Origin: Patescibacteria group bacterium
Lineage (GTDB): Bacteria; Patescibacteriota; Patescibacteriia; Buchananbacterales; UBA6539
Reading direction: 5' to 3'
Assembly: GCA_041649675.1 (NCBI GenBank)
Contig: JBAZMQ010000003.1
Coordinates: forward strand, 5,335 to 69,334
Length of the DNA: 64,000 nucleotides
The notes under the pieces were generated by a model. That model made no database searches. It was not told the origin of the DNA and saw only the letters and a program-made list of their open reading frames with translations. Below are positions 1-9,277 of the stretch, one piece after another (the stretch's first letter is position 1; each line of letters starts with the position of its first letter). The position numbers and the translations under genes were made by a program.

Positions 1-14
1 GTGCCTTAAATTTT

Positions 15-89
15 GCCGAGTTAGCTCAGTGGTAGAGCGAAGGACTGAAAATCCTTGCGTCCCCAGTTCAATTCTGGGACTCGGCACCA
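15..89 (+). tRNA. tRNA-Phe(GAA), CCA encoded
   Basis: GCCGAG.. acceptor, anticodon loop CTGAAAA, T-arm CCCAG-TTCAATT-CTGGG, ends CTCGGCACCA. Confidence 0.95.
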
Positions 90-206
90 GAAGTTTCGGG
101 ATAAACTCCGGACTGCCCCGAAGGGATTCTTTCGGGAAAAATTCTGGAGCCTGTCCCGACGAATGTCGGGGTCCCCAGCCTGCCCGCCGAAACGAAGTGT
201 AGGTGG

Positions 207-230
207 GTTCAATTCTGGGACTCGGCACCA
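207..230 (+). repeat. Direct duplication of the tRNA-Phe 3' end
   Basis: GTTCAATTCTGGGACTCGGCACCA identical to 66-89; spacer made of short palindromes. Confidence 0.9.
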
Positions 231-303
231 TTACATATCAAAAAACCCAAATCTGAAAACCCAAAATTTTTGGGATTTGGGATTTGGGTTTTAAACTTAG
301 CTT

Positions 304-418
304 CGGGCTGTGGCTCAGTTTGCGCCAGAGGCACATCCGCCTTTGGCGGAGGCTACCTACCAAAACGACTGTTATATTTTTTAGAATCGTTCAGTCGGGC
401 CGGGAGTGCCTGCTTTGG
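304..418 (+). pseudogene. Interrupted 5' half of tRNA-Pro(TGG)
   Basis: CGGGCTGTGGCTCAGTT[30-bp insert 321-350]GGCTA[48-bp insert]GAGTGCCTGCTTTGG aligns to the 5' half of the intact tRNA-Pro at 526. Confidence 0.75.
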
Positions 419-525
419 CCCGTCCGCCTTGACTGTTAAATATAAAATAATTGATTAATGGGTTGTTAAGGATTTTTACTCCTTTTTGAACTTTCTAAAC
501 TGGATTTATAATTTTTCAATTTGGT

Positions 526-602
526 CGGGGTATGGCTCAGTTGGCTAGAGCGCCTGCTTTGGGAGCAGGAGGCCGCCGGTTCAAGTCCGGCTACCCCGAC
601 CA
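526..602 (+). tRNA. tRNA-Pro(TGG)
   Basis: CGGGGTA acceptor, CCTGC-TTTGGGA-GCAGG anticodon arm, T-loop TTCAAGT, CCA end. Confidence 0.95.
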
Positions 603-682
603 AGTTGAAAAAAATGAAAGGTGTAGGATTACCTCGACCAAATAATTTTGTCACTGATGCGGGCTTGCCCGCCGAAGCGTAG

Positions 683-757
683 GCGGGTATAGTATAACGG
701 CTATTATGTGAGTTTTCCAAACTCAAGATAGGGGTTCGACTCCCCTTACCCGCTCCA
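683..757 (+). tRNA. tRNA-Gly(TCC)
   Basis: GCGGGTA/TACCCGC acceptor, TGAGT-TTTCCAA-ACTCA anticodon arm, TTCGACT T-loop, CCA. Confidence 0.93.
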
Positions 758-1051
758 AATTATTGTTTATGTTTTATGTTTATATACTTAAAAGTTTAAC
801 CGATAATAAGCTTTATATTGGTTATAGTAATAATTTGCAAAGGAGACTGAAAGAACATAACTCAGGAAAAAACCTTTCAACAGAATATAGACGGCCTTTA
901 AATTAATATACTATGAGGCTTATTTGTCAATATATGATGCCAAGGCAAGAGAGAAATTTTTTAAAACCGGTTGGGGTAGAAATTACATTAAAAAAAATTT
1001 AAAAAATACTATAAAAATTTAAACAATAATTTGGGCGGGTTACCCGCTCCA
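748..1051. mobile_element. GIY-YIG mini-element at the tRNA-Gly 3' end
   Basis: Terminal IR 748-769 / 1020-1040 and direct repeat TTACCCGCTCCA at 746-757 and 1040-1051. Confidence 0.7.
769..1022 (+). pseudogene. Small GIY-YIG endonuclease, 1-bp frameshift near 898
   Basis: Hand translation MFYVYILKSLTDNKLYIGYSNNLQRRLKEHNSG..RP / KLIYYEAY..AKAREKFFKTGWGR; not in ORF track because of the frameshift. Confidence 0.85.
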
Positions 1052-1357
1052 GAATAACAATTAACTTTTGACAATTTACTTTTAACATTAAGATCGCCAA
1101 GTAGCGCGATTTTTTTGGTAAATATAGAGCCTTAATATAATAGTTTTAATATTTTTCTGTTTATTGACAAATTTATATGAATATGCTATAGTATATTATT
1201 AGCTCATTTAAACCAAAGGTGCCAATTTATGCAACAAGCCCTAGCCAAAAGACATTGATTTTTTTTGGATGTTTTCTGGCTATGGCGGCACTGTAGCAGT
1301 CATTGGCAAACTCAACAGTTGACGGAAAACCCCTACAAAAAGAAAGGGAGGAAGGTC

Positions 1358-1549
1358 ATGAACCAGAGAAAGACCAAAAAAGGTCTACGCAAGAAAGTCA
1401 GGAATCTTAAGAATCACTTCTATCTTGATTTCCGGGTTGCCCGAAAGACCTTCAGGCGAATCTGCAATTCGATCGCCAGAGGGTTGGCTACCTGGAATGA
1501 GATTCATACGAGCCGACAGGAGCTCGAGGCGATCATCAAAAACTGGTGA
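1358..1549 (+). CDS. Small basic hypothetical protein
   Basis: GGGAGG RBS upstream of ATG 1358 in the 1265..1549 ORF frame. Confidence 0.5.
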   Translation: MNQRKTKKGLRKKVRNLKNHFYLDFRVARKTFRRICNSIARGLATWNEIHTSRQELEAIIKNW

Positions 1550-1833
1550 TTTGACAAGCCAACGATACTGACCACCCGCAAGAGAATCACCCTCGTGACA
1601 TCTCTTCGTTGGGTGGTTTTCTTTTATATTAACTTCATTATTATCTCAAACCGAAACGTAATTTTTTCTCTTTCCAATTTTAATATTGTATACGTCATGC
1701 CAGTAGTTCCCATTGATTGGTGATATTAATAAAAATCTCAGTTCTAAGGTCGTCCCCGCCAGAGGCGGGCAGGCAATAAGGTGCTCCAAGAAAAAATCGC
1801 CAAACAGGCGATTTTTTGGTATACTGAAAAGAT

Positions 1834-2346
1834 ATGAATGAAAAACTACACTTTATAATTACTGGGGGAACCATAGATTCTTACTATGACCCAATAAAAG
1901 AAACAGCTGTTCCAAGTGACCATTCTTATATTCCAAAATTTATCCCAATTCTTAAGTTATATGAAACATGTATCTTTACTGAACTTTTCATGAAAGATAG
2001 TAGAAATATAAATAGTTTGGATCGAAAAATGATTCTCAGTACAGTGGCAAAGAGTAAGGCAGATAGGATAATTATTACTCATGGCAGTTACACCGTCGCC
2101 GATACAGCTAAATATCTTTCTAAATATTTAAAGCAAACCAACAAAACTATTATATTTGTATGTTCAATGATTCCGCTAATGGGGTTTGCTCCTTCTGATG
2201 CTGGCTTCAATCTAGGTTATGCAGTAGCAAAATCGCAGGAGTTAGAGCCGGGGGTATATGTATGTATAAATGGTAGAGTTTTTTCTCCCGAAGAAGTTGT
2301 TAAAATTTTGGCTGAAGGTAGGTTTGGTTCTGTTTATACTAAGTAA
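1834..2346 (+). CDS. Short asparaginase-domain protein (N-terminal domain only)
   Basis: TGGTID and ITHGSYT asparaginase motifs. Confidence 0.85.
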   Translation: MNEKLHFIITGGTIDSYYDPIKETAVPSDHSYIPKFIPILKLYETCIFTELFMKDSRNINSLDRKMILSTVAKSKADRIIITHGSYTVADTAKYLSKYLKQTNKTIIFVCSMIPLMGFAPSDAGFNLGYAVAKSQELEPGVYVCINGRVFSPEEVVKILAEGRFGSVYTK

Positions 2347-2409
2347 TAGTAGTGGTTTAAGCTATTATCTATGTTTTTAATATTAATTTATTAATAAAAA
2401 TTAATTGCT

Positions 2410-3465
2410 ATGAAAAATTTTGAATTTTTAAAAAAAATGGATTTAAAGCCAATAACGATTCTAAAAATTGCCGGTGTCATTTTGCTGGTAATTATTTTAT
2501 TGGCAGCTACCTTTCGCTTATTGGGTTCGTCGTTTAATTCGTTAATTGGCAGAAGTGATATTAAAGGGATATCGGTTTTTGATAGTTCAAAAGATTATGC
2601 CCTGGAACAAATTGCCGAAAGCAAACCGGCCGCTTATGGCACAAGCGGTGGAGTTAATTTGTCTGTCAGAAACGTTGTTGCTTCACCAAAGATGGTTGTT
2701 GGGCAACCAACGGTCGGTGACGAAGCCGAAGAGTTTGAAGTGACTGAATATAATAGTTTAATTAAAACCCGTCAATTAAAAAAAGATTGTGCCGTGTTTA
2801 TTGATTTAAAGGCCAAAGACTACGTTATCTTTGAAAACGCCACTCAGTCCGAAAAAAATTGTTATTATACCTTCAAAGTTAAAAATGTCCAGGCCGAAGA
2901 AATTTTAGGCGTTATTAAATCTTTAAATCCTAAAGACTTATCCCAAAATACTTACACGATTAAAAAGTTAGTTGACGATTATACGGGTCAGCTAGAAATT
3001 TTGGAAAAGAAAAAACAATCAATCAATGAAACTTTGGATAGCGCTATTAAGTCTTACGATGAAATCACGGCTTTAGCCACTAGAACTCAGGATGCGGCCA
3101 GCTTGGCAAAAATTATTGATAGCAAGATAAACATTATTGAGCGCTTAACGCAGGAACGGATTAATGTTAACGAGCAGATTGATTTATTAAGTCGTTCCAA
3201 ATCCGAGCAGCTTGATCGGTTGGAATACACTTATTTTTATGTCAGTCTTATTGAAGATAAATATGTTGACCTGATTAGCTTAAAGGAATCATGGCAAGCA
3301 GCAATTAAAGAATTTGTTAGGGATATCAATCGTGTGGCTCAAGATATAACTGTTAATCTTGTTGTTGTGTTGTTTTACTTGCTCCAATATGCGATTTATT
3401 TTTTCATCGCACTAATTGTGGTTAAATATGGTTGGCAGTTGGCAAAGTATATCTGGAAAAAATAG
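2410..3465 (+). CDS. Membrane-anchored coiled-coil protein (DUF4349-like)
   Basis: N- and C-terminal TM helices around a coiled coil. Confidence 0.7.
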   Translation: MKNFEFLKKMDLKPITILKIAGVILLVIILLAATFRLLGSSFNSLIGRSDIKGISVFDSSKDYALEQIAESKPAAYGTSGGVNLSVRNVVASPKMVVGQPTVGDEAEEFEVTEYNSLIKTRQLKKDCAVFIDLKAKDYVIFENATQSEKNCYYTFKVKNVQAEEILGVIKSLNPKDLSQNTYTIKKLVDDYTGQLEILEKKKQSINETLDSAIKSYDEITALATRTQDAASLAKIIDSKINIIERLTQERINVNEQIDLLSRSKSEQLDRLEYTYFYVSLIEDKYVDLISLKESWQAAIKEFVRDINRVAQDITVNLVVVLFYLLQYAIYFFIALIVVKYGWQLAKYIWKK

Positions 3466-3480
3466 TTAAGCTTAAATTAA

Positions 3481-3511
3481 AACCAGCCCCGCTTTGTGGG
3501 GCTGGTTTTTT
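3481..3511. terminator. Intrinsic terminator between convergent genes
   Basis: AACCAGCCCC-GCTTTGT-GGGGCTGGTT plus T tract. Confidence 0.75.
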
Positions 3512-3523
3512 AAATGCAGATTT

Positions 3524-3865
3524 TTATTTAATTTTTTTAAACCTGACATTAAGGATTGGCTGATATTGGTTGTTGTATTCGTCGGCAATTTGAATCGGCT
3601 CCCCTTTTATCAGGCTGTTAATCGTCAGATCACTTAACATTTCATTGTCGCTTTCAATGTCATTTTTTAATCTTTCCAGTTGGGGAAATTCTTTTTTGAA
3701 AGTTTGTTCAATGACTTTTTTCTTTTCCCTGAGTATTTTAATTTGTTCAATAATATTTTGATATTGTTCCGAACCGTCTAAATTGTCACGGTAAGCTCGT
3801 TTAAGCTCTTTTTGTTTTCTTTTTGAATCCTGAACTTTGTTAAAAATTTCTTGGAGTTTTGACAT
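3524..3865 (-). CDS. Hypothetical coiled-coil protein
   Basis: 113-aa ORF, charged helical. Confidence 0.75.
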   Translation of the reverse strand: MSKLQEIFNKVQDSKRKQKELKRAYRDNLDGSEQYQNIIEQIKILREKKKVIEQTFKKEFPQLERLKNDIESDNEMLSDLTINSLIKGEPIQIADEYNNQYQPILNVRFKKIK

Positions 3866-3977
3866 TAATTTTAAATAATGAATAAAAATACATTATAGCA
3901 TTTTTTCAAAAAATAAAAATAAATTTAGCTAATTAAAAAAAGGAAACCTAAATTTGGTTTCCTTGCTGGCAATATGC

Positions 3978-4397
3978 CTATTTTTTCTTTTTTTTGCCGC
4001 CAACAGCTTTGGCCGATGATTTATTTTTGGCCAGCATCTGGAGAAGTTGTTGCAGGTTTGCCAAAAACGCGGCATTTTTGATGCCAAATTCCTTAATGGC
4101 TCTTTGGGCATCTTTGACATGAGCCTTCTTCTCGCTTACCTTTTGTTGCCATCTGCTGCTGTCTTCTCCCTTCAGGGTCTTTAAGGCAGCTACCAGTTTG
4201 GCCAAGCTCTTGGGCAACGATTCCCCTTGCTTTATGAGCAGGCTCAAAAGCTCGCGGCTATTTACCGTTAATGACTCATCGGCCAAACCGGTGTTTTTAA
4301 TTTCTATGCCCAGTGCCATCAGCAAAAGGAGTAGAAATTCCGGAATGTTTTGATCTGGATTCTTTGGATTGTCCATTTTAGACATGCTTTTAACCAC
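3978..4397 (-). CDS. Hypothetical protein
   Basis: 139-aa ORF, no recognised motif. Confidence 0.55.
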   Translation of the reverse strand: MVKSMSKMDNPKNPDQNIPEFLLLLLMALGIEIKNTGLADESLTVNSRELLSLLIKQGESLPKSLAKLVAALKTLKGEDSSRWQQKVSEKKAHVKDAQRAIKEFGIKNAAFLANLQQLLQMLAKNKSSAKAVGGKKKKK

Positions 4398-4604
4398 CTT
4401 TCAGTTTTTAGTTATCGGTTGTTGGCGCAACTGTCCTTTTGGTTGATTTCTTCATTAAGAATATTAAGGTGCGGCGATCTCCTCCTTTTTTAACTTTTGT
4501 TAATTGATGATTATTTTAATCATAAACAGGAGATAAGTCAAGCTGATTTGACAGTAATCTATTGATATATTAAGCTAAAAACCGACAAGAATATGTAGTT
4601 AACC

Positions 4605-5696
4605 ATGGAGGCTCGAACCTTGACAACGAATAGAATAAAGACCAGAAAGCCAGACGACTGGCACGTTCACTTCCGGTGGGCGTACAATTCAGACGGAATG
4701 CTCTATCGGGTGTTTCCCTACACGGCCTGTTTTTTTGGCCGAGCTCTGCTGATGCCCAATTTAACCGATATGGGTATGGTGGTAACCGCTGAACACCTAA
4801 TCAGGTATCGGAAGTTGGTGCAAGAAGTCCAACAGCACTACCTTCGATATTGCAAAGGAACCAAGTTGTTTGGCAAGTTTTGGACCAGCCAAAGCTTCAT
4901 GCCGGAATTCAGTATTCGGCTGACACCCAAAACAACGTCGGATATGCTTTTGGCAGCCAAAGTAGCCGGAGCAATAGTTGCCAAGGTTTACCCGGACGGA
5001 GTCACCACCGGTTCGGAAGGTGGAATCTCAGACTTTAAGGCTCTGCATCCTTTGCTGCAGGCGGCCGCAGAAATAGACCTGCCGGTTTCTTGGCATCCCG
5101 AGTTGCCCGGGGCACCGCCCCTAACCGCCGAACAGCAATTCATTCCGGTTTTATCCGAGGTGGTAAGCAAGTATCCTGGCTTGAGGATAGTCATTGAGCA
5201 TCTTAGCAGTCAAATGATGGTGGATTTTGTCTGGGGTTGTCCCAAGACCGTAGCCGCTACTATCACGCCTCAGCATTTGATTCTGACTGCCAACGATGTT
5301 TTTGGCCAGCCGCACAACTTTTGCAAGCCAGTGGCTAAACTGCCAAACGACCGCGAGGCAGTAATTGCCGCAGCCATTTCCGGCGATCCCCGCTTCTTTT
5401 TTGGCAGCGATACCGCGCCTCATCCCCGTGCCAATAAAGAAGGTGCTAAGGCTGCAGCCGGAGTTTTTAGTGCCCCAGCTTTGTCAGCCGTTATCCAGGT
5501 GTTTGAAGAAAATCACGCCCTGGATAAGCTTGAAGACTTTTGGTCTCGGTTTGGCGCCGAGTTCTACGGCTTTCCCCTCAATCAAGAAACGATTGAATTT
5601 GTTCGAGAATCTTGGGAAATGCCGCTTGAATGTAGCGGCATCGTACCATTTTTGGCCGGAAAAACCCTGGACTGGCAGGTAGAATCTGTCCAATAA
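4605..5696 (+). CDS. pyrC: Dihydroorotase, homodimeric (E. coli-like) type
   Basis: PDDWHVHFR, MPNL, KVYPDGVTT, EHLS, CKPVAK, FFFGSDTAPH motifs. Confidence 0.9.
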   Translation: MEARTLTTNRIKTRKPDDWHVHFRWAYNSDGMLYRVFPYTACFFGRALLMPNLTDMGMVVTAEHLIRYRKLVQEVQQHYLRYCKGTKLFGKFWTSQSFMPEFSIRLTPKTTSDMLLAAKVAGAIVAKVYPDGVTTGSEGGISDFKALHPLLQAAAEIDLPVSWHPELPGAPPLTAEQQFIPVLSEVVSKYPGLRIVIEHLSSQMMVDFVWGCPKTVAATITPQHLILTANDVFGQPHNFCKPVAKLPNDREAVIAAAISGDPRFFFGSDTAPHPRANKEGAKAAAGVFSAPALSAVIQVFEENHALDKLEDFWSRFGAEFYGFPLNQETIEFVRESWEMPLECSGIVPFLAGKTLDWQVESVQ

Positions 5697-5827
5697 ACCT
5701 TAAGAAACCTCTCGCTTAATTTGTTGAGGGGTCTTTTTTTAATTTTGTTGAGTTATATTGACAAAAATGACCATATGTGCTAAGATGATAAACTTTCCCA
5801 AAACTGGGAAGTTTTTATTTTAACCTT

Positions 5828-6421
5828 ATGGAACTAATCCGAACAATCAAATCAAGAAAAACTGAAATTGTTGTGCTTTTAGTGCTAGTTTTTGAGCTTA
5901 GCTTTCCTCACTTTGCGGTGGCAGTTGAGCCAGAAAATAGCTTAATTAAGCCAGATTTCACGATTAAAGCAGCTCAGGCAGCTGACCAAGAAAGTGGAAA
6001 AATTAGCTCAATGAAGCTAATTAAAGTTGATATTCCGCAAACTGAAACAAAAACTGGAGTTGAGCAAGATAATGGCTTAAATAAGCCAGAAATTGTTGTT
6101 AGTGAGTACAAAGTCATAAAAACTTATGAAAATGTACCAATAACTGCTTATTCCAGCACAGTTGATCAAACTGACAGTGACCCATGTTCAACTGCCAATG
6201 GTTATAATGTCTGTGAGCATAACCAGGAAGATGTTATTGCCGCTAATTTTTTGAAGTTTGGTACCAAAGTAAGAATTCCCGAGCAGTTTGGTAACCGAAT
6301 TTTTACCGTTCAAGACCGAATGAATGCTCGTTATTACTATCGGGCTGACGTTTGGTTAAAAACTCATGATGCGGCGGTTAAGTTTGGTATTGTTTATACC
6401 AAAATCGAAGTCATTGAATAA
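5828..6421 (+). CDS. Secreted 3D-domain protein
   Basis: Signal/TM segment; ITAYSS..TD..P..TANG, IAANFLKFGTKVRIP, VQDRMN motifs. Confidence 0.85.
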   Translation: MELIRTIKSRKTEIVVLLVLVFELSFPHFAVAVEPENSLIKPDFTIKAAQAADQESGKISSMKLIKVDIPQTETKTGVEQDNGLNKPEIVVSEYKVIKTYENVPITAYSSTVDQTDSDPCSTANGYNVCEHNQEDVIAANFLKFGTKVRIPEQFGNRIFTVQDRMNARYYYRADVWLKTHDAAVKFGIVYTKIEVIE

Positions 6422-6548
6422 TTTTGAAAACAAAAATCAATTTTTAATAATTCAAAAAATGGCTTGATTTCTGAGCCATTTTTTGTTACACTAAAGCAGT
6501 CTGATATAACAATTAACAGTTAACTGTTAACTGTTAAAGGTTTATCTT

Positions 6549-6620
6549 GGCCAGGTAGCCAAGTAGTAAGGCAGTGGTCTGCAAAACCGCTATGCATGGG
6601 TGCAATTCCCATCCTGGCCT
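6549..6620 (+). tRNA. tRNA-Cys(GCA), CCA not encoded
   Basis: GGCCAGG/CCTGGCC acceptor, GTGGT-CTGCAAA-ACCGC anticodon arm. Confidence 0.9.
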
Positions 6621-6638
6621 TAATTAATCTATATTATT

Positions 6639-8699
6639 ATGAATGTTTCCGAATTAGCCAGAAAATTAAAGACTACAAGCAAAGAGCTGCTAGAAATTTT
6701 ACCAGCAGTCGGTTTTGATATTGGCCGGCGCGCAATTAAAATTGATGATCGCCAGGCCCAAAAAATTGTTGAACGTTGGCCGCAACTTTTAGCCGAATAT
6801 AAATTTAAGTTTAAAACTGAAGAAGAAAAAGAAGCCGAAGAAACCGTAGTCAAAAAAGTTGAAGAGAAAAAATCAGTTTCTATTGGCTCAGTCATTCGGG
6901 TTAAAGATTTTGCCGAGAAATTAAAATTGCCTTTATCAAAAGTGATGGCAGAACTAATGAAAAATGGAGTGCTTTCTTCAATGAATGAGGAAATTGATTT
7001 TGATACGGCTGCGATTGTTGGTTTTCAATTGGGCTTTGAAATAATTTCTGATACGACAACTGTAGCAGAAAACGAAAAAACCACTTCGGAAAAATTGGAA
7101 AGTTTATTAGCCGAAGATGATAAAACTAAATTGAAAGAGCGCGCGCCAGTCGTTGTGGTGATGGGGCATGTTGATCATGGTAAAACTAAATTACTGGATG
7201 CAATTAGAAAAACGGATGTGGTCGCGGGCGAAAGCGGCGGCATTACTCAACACATCGGTGCCTACCAAGTGACAGTTCCGCTAAAGGCGGAATTGTCATC
7301 CCGACCAAAGGGAGGGATCCCTCGCGCGGCTCGGGATGATTTTGCCGCCGGCAAAATCACATTTATTGATACGCCCGGCCATGAGGCTTTTACGACTATG
7401 CGGTCGCGTGGCGCTCGAGTAGCTGATATTGCTATTTTGGTGATTGCGGCCGATGACAGTATTCAGCCTCAAACTAAAGAATCAATTAAAATTATTAATT
7501 CTGTCGGTTTGCCGATGATTGTGGCCATTAATAAAATTGATAAGCCTGATGCTAATATTGAAAAAGTTAAACAAGATTTAGCGGCTTTAAATCTAGTGCC
7601 GGAAGAATGGGGCGGCAAAACCATTTGCGTGCCAATTTCAGCTAAAGCCGGTACGGGTATTGATGATTTATTGGAAATGATTTTATTGGTGGCTGAAACC
7701 GAAAAAGAAAACATTATGGCTAATCCCGATAAATTGGCTGTTGGCACAATTATTGAATCAAGGATTAACCGGGATGAAGGTCCGGTGGCAACAGTTTTGG
7801 TTCAGGCTGGAACTTTGCACCTTGGTGATTTGGTAGAAATTTCGGGCAATTTTTATGGCAAAATTAGAGCTATGAAAAATTATCGGGGTCAAGACGTTTC
7901 TAAGGCTACACCATCAATGCCGGTTAAAATTTTGGGTTTAAAAGCGGCTGCTTCGGTTGGTGATATTTTACAAGTTTCTGACGATTTAGGTAAACGAAAA
8001 AAAATAAAGAAATATCAGCTTAATCAGCAAGCGGTAGATTATTCAAAACCGTTGGAAGTTAATAGCGAAACCAATGCTGAAATGGTTTCTTTAAATTTAA
8101 TTTTACGCGCTGACGTTTTGGGTTCGTTGGAAGCAATTATTGCTTCCTTAAATAAACTTAGTAATTCAGAAGTTTCAATTAACCTTATTGTTAAAGGTTT
8201 GGGCAATATTACCGAGGGTGATATTACACGTGCTGAAGCGAGTAATGCTCTAATTTTAGGCTTTCATGTCAAAGCTACGCAAGCAGCGGAAAATATTGCC
8301 AAAGAAAAAAAAGTAGAAATTAAAACTTACGAAGTTATTTATCATTTATTGGATGAAGTAAAATCCCGTTTGGAAAAGTTATTAGTACCTGAAGTTATAA
8401 AAACTGAATTAGGCCGTCTTAAGGTCTTGGCTATTTTCCGCAAGGAGTCTAATTCAATAATTGTTGGCGGTATGGTCACTAAGGGAGTAATTTTACTAAA
8501 TAGTAAAGCTGATGTTTTGCGCGATAAACGAAAGATTGCTACCGGCCATATTACTCAATTACAAGTGAATAAAGTTGCTGTCAATGAAATGCCTCAAGGC
8601 AAAGAAGGTGGTTTAAAATTTGAAGGTAAACCAGTAGTTTTGCCAGGCGATATTTTAGAAGTTTATCAGGAAGAAGTTAAAGCCAAAAAACTTAAATAA
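6639..8699 (+). CDS. infB: Translation initiation factor IF-2
   Basis: GHVDHGKT, GGITQHIGAY, FIDTPGHEAF, NKID motifs. Confidence 0.98.
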   Translation: MNVSELARKLKTTSKELLEILPAVGFDIGRRAIKIDDRQAQKIVERWPQLLAEYKFKFKTEEEKEAEETVVKKVEEKKSVSIGSVIRVKDFAEKLKLPLSKVMAELMKNGVLSSMNEEIDFDTAAIVGFQLGFEIISDTTTVAENEKTTSEKLESLLAEDDKTKLKERAPVVVVMGHVDHGKTKLLDAIRKTDVVAGESGGITQHIGAYQVTVPLKAELSSRPKGGIPRAARDDFAAGKITFIDTPGHEAFTTMRSRGARVADIAILVIAADDSIQPQTKESIKIINSVGLPMIVAINKIDKPDANIEKVKQDLAALNLVPEEWGGKTICVPISAKAGTGIDDLLEMILLVAETEKENIMANPDKLAVGTIIESRINRDEGPVATVLVQAGTLHLGDLVEISGNFYGKIRAMKNYRGQDVSKATPSMPVKILGLKAAASVGDILQVSDDLGKRKKIKKYQLNQQAVDYSKPLEVNSETNAEMVSLNLILRADVLGSLEAIIASLNKLSNSEVSINLIVKGLGNITEGDITRAEASNALILGFHVKATQAAENIAKEKKVEIKTYEVIYHLLDEVKSRLEKLLVPEVIKTELGRLKVLAIFRKESNSIIVGGMVTKGVILLNSKADVLRDKRKIATGHITQLQVNKVAVNEMPQGKEGGLKFEGKPVVLPGDILEVYQEEVKAKKLK
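7286..7349. repeat. Palindromic element inserted in-frame in infB
   Basis: GTCATCCCGA..TCGGGATGAT stem with outer GGCGG/CCGCC; encodes extra AELSSRPKGGIPRAARDDFAA. Confidence 0.75.
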
Positions 8700-8790
8700 G
8701 AATTAAATAAGCAAGATAAGTTTTGGGCCAGATAAGCAAGATAAGTATTTTTTATCTTGCTTACTGCTTATCTTGCCTATCTTGCTTACT

Positions 8791-9132
8791 ATGTCTCATC
8801 GTATATTTCAAGTTAATGAATTAATCAGGCAAGAGTTAAGTAAATTATTTTTAACCGAACTTGAATTTCCCAGTGACTGTTTAGTCACAATTCTTAAAGT
8901 TGAAACCTCAAAGGATTTACGCAACGCTAAAGTTTGGTTTTCAGTTTTGCCAGTAAAGTATACCAAAAAAGTTTCAAACAAATTAAACTCCAATTCCGGT
9001 CACTTACACTTTTTGCTAAAAAAGAAACTGTCCATGAACCCATTACCCCGTTTATTTTTTGCTTTTGATGATACCGAGGCCAAAGCGGCCGACATTGAGT
9101 CGCTGCTTGACCGGATCAGAAAAGAAGAGTAA
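8791..9132 (+). CDS. rbfA: Ribosome-binding factor A
   Basis: MSHRIFQVNELIRQELS..SKDLRNAKV..P.L.F.FD; follows infB. Confidence 0.93.
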   Translation: MSHRIFQVNELIRQELSKLFLTELEFPSDCLVTILKVETSKDLRNAKVWFSVLPVKYTKKVSNKLNSNSGHLHFLLKKKLSMNPLPRLFFAFDDTEAKAADIESLLDRIRKEE

Positions 9133-9277
9133 GCTGCTTGGTTATGCCCCGTAGCAGAATTTTGACTAGCGCCTACGGCGCTATTTCAATAGTGATCAAC
9201 TCGGGGCTGGCTGGTGCCTATTTGTAAAATTAAGGCATGACAAGTAAATAATTAAGTCAAAGTTTCACCATGGGGTT

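Noticed and set aside
21-726. ORF-track ORFs 21..212, 55..294, 270..458, 466..726
   Set aside because: They overlap tRNAs and palindromic repeats; translation artefacts.
1640-1725. Short minus-strand peptide (..NYWHDVYNIKIG..) resembling a gene remnant
   Set aside because: Too short to assign without a search.
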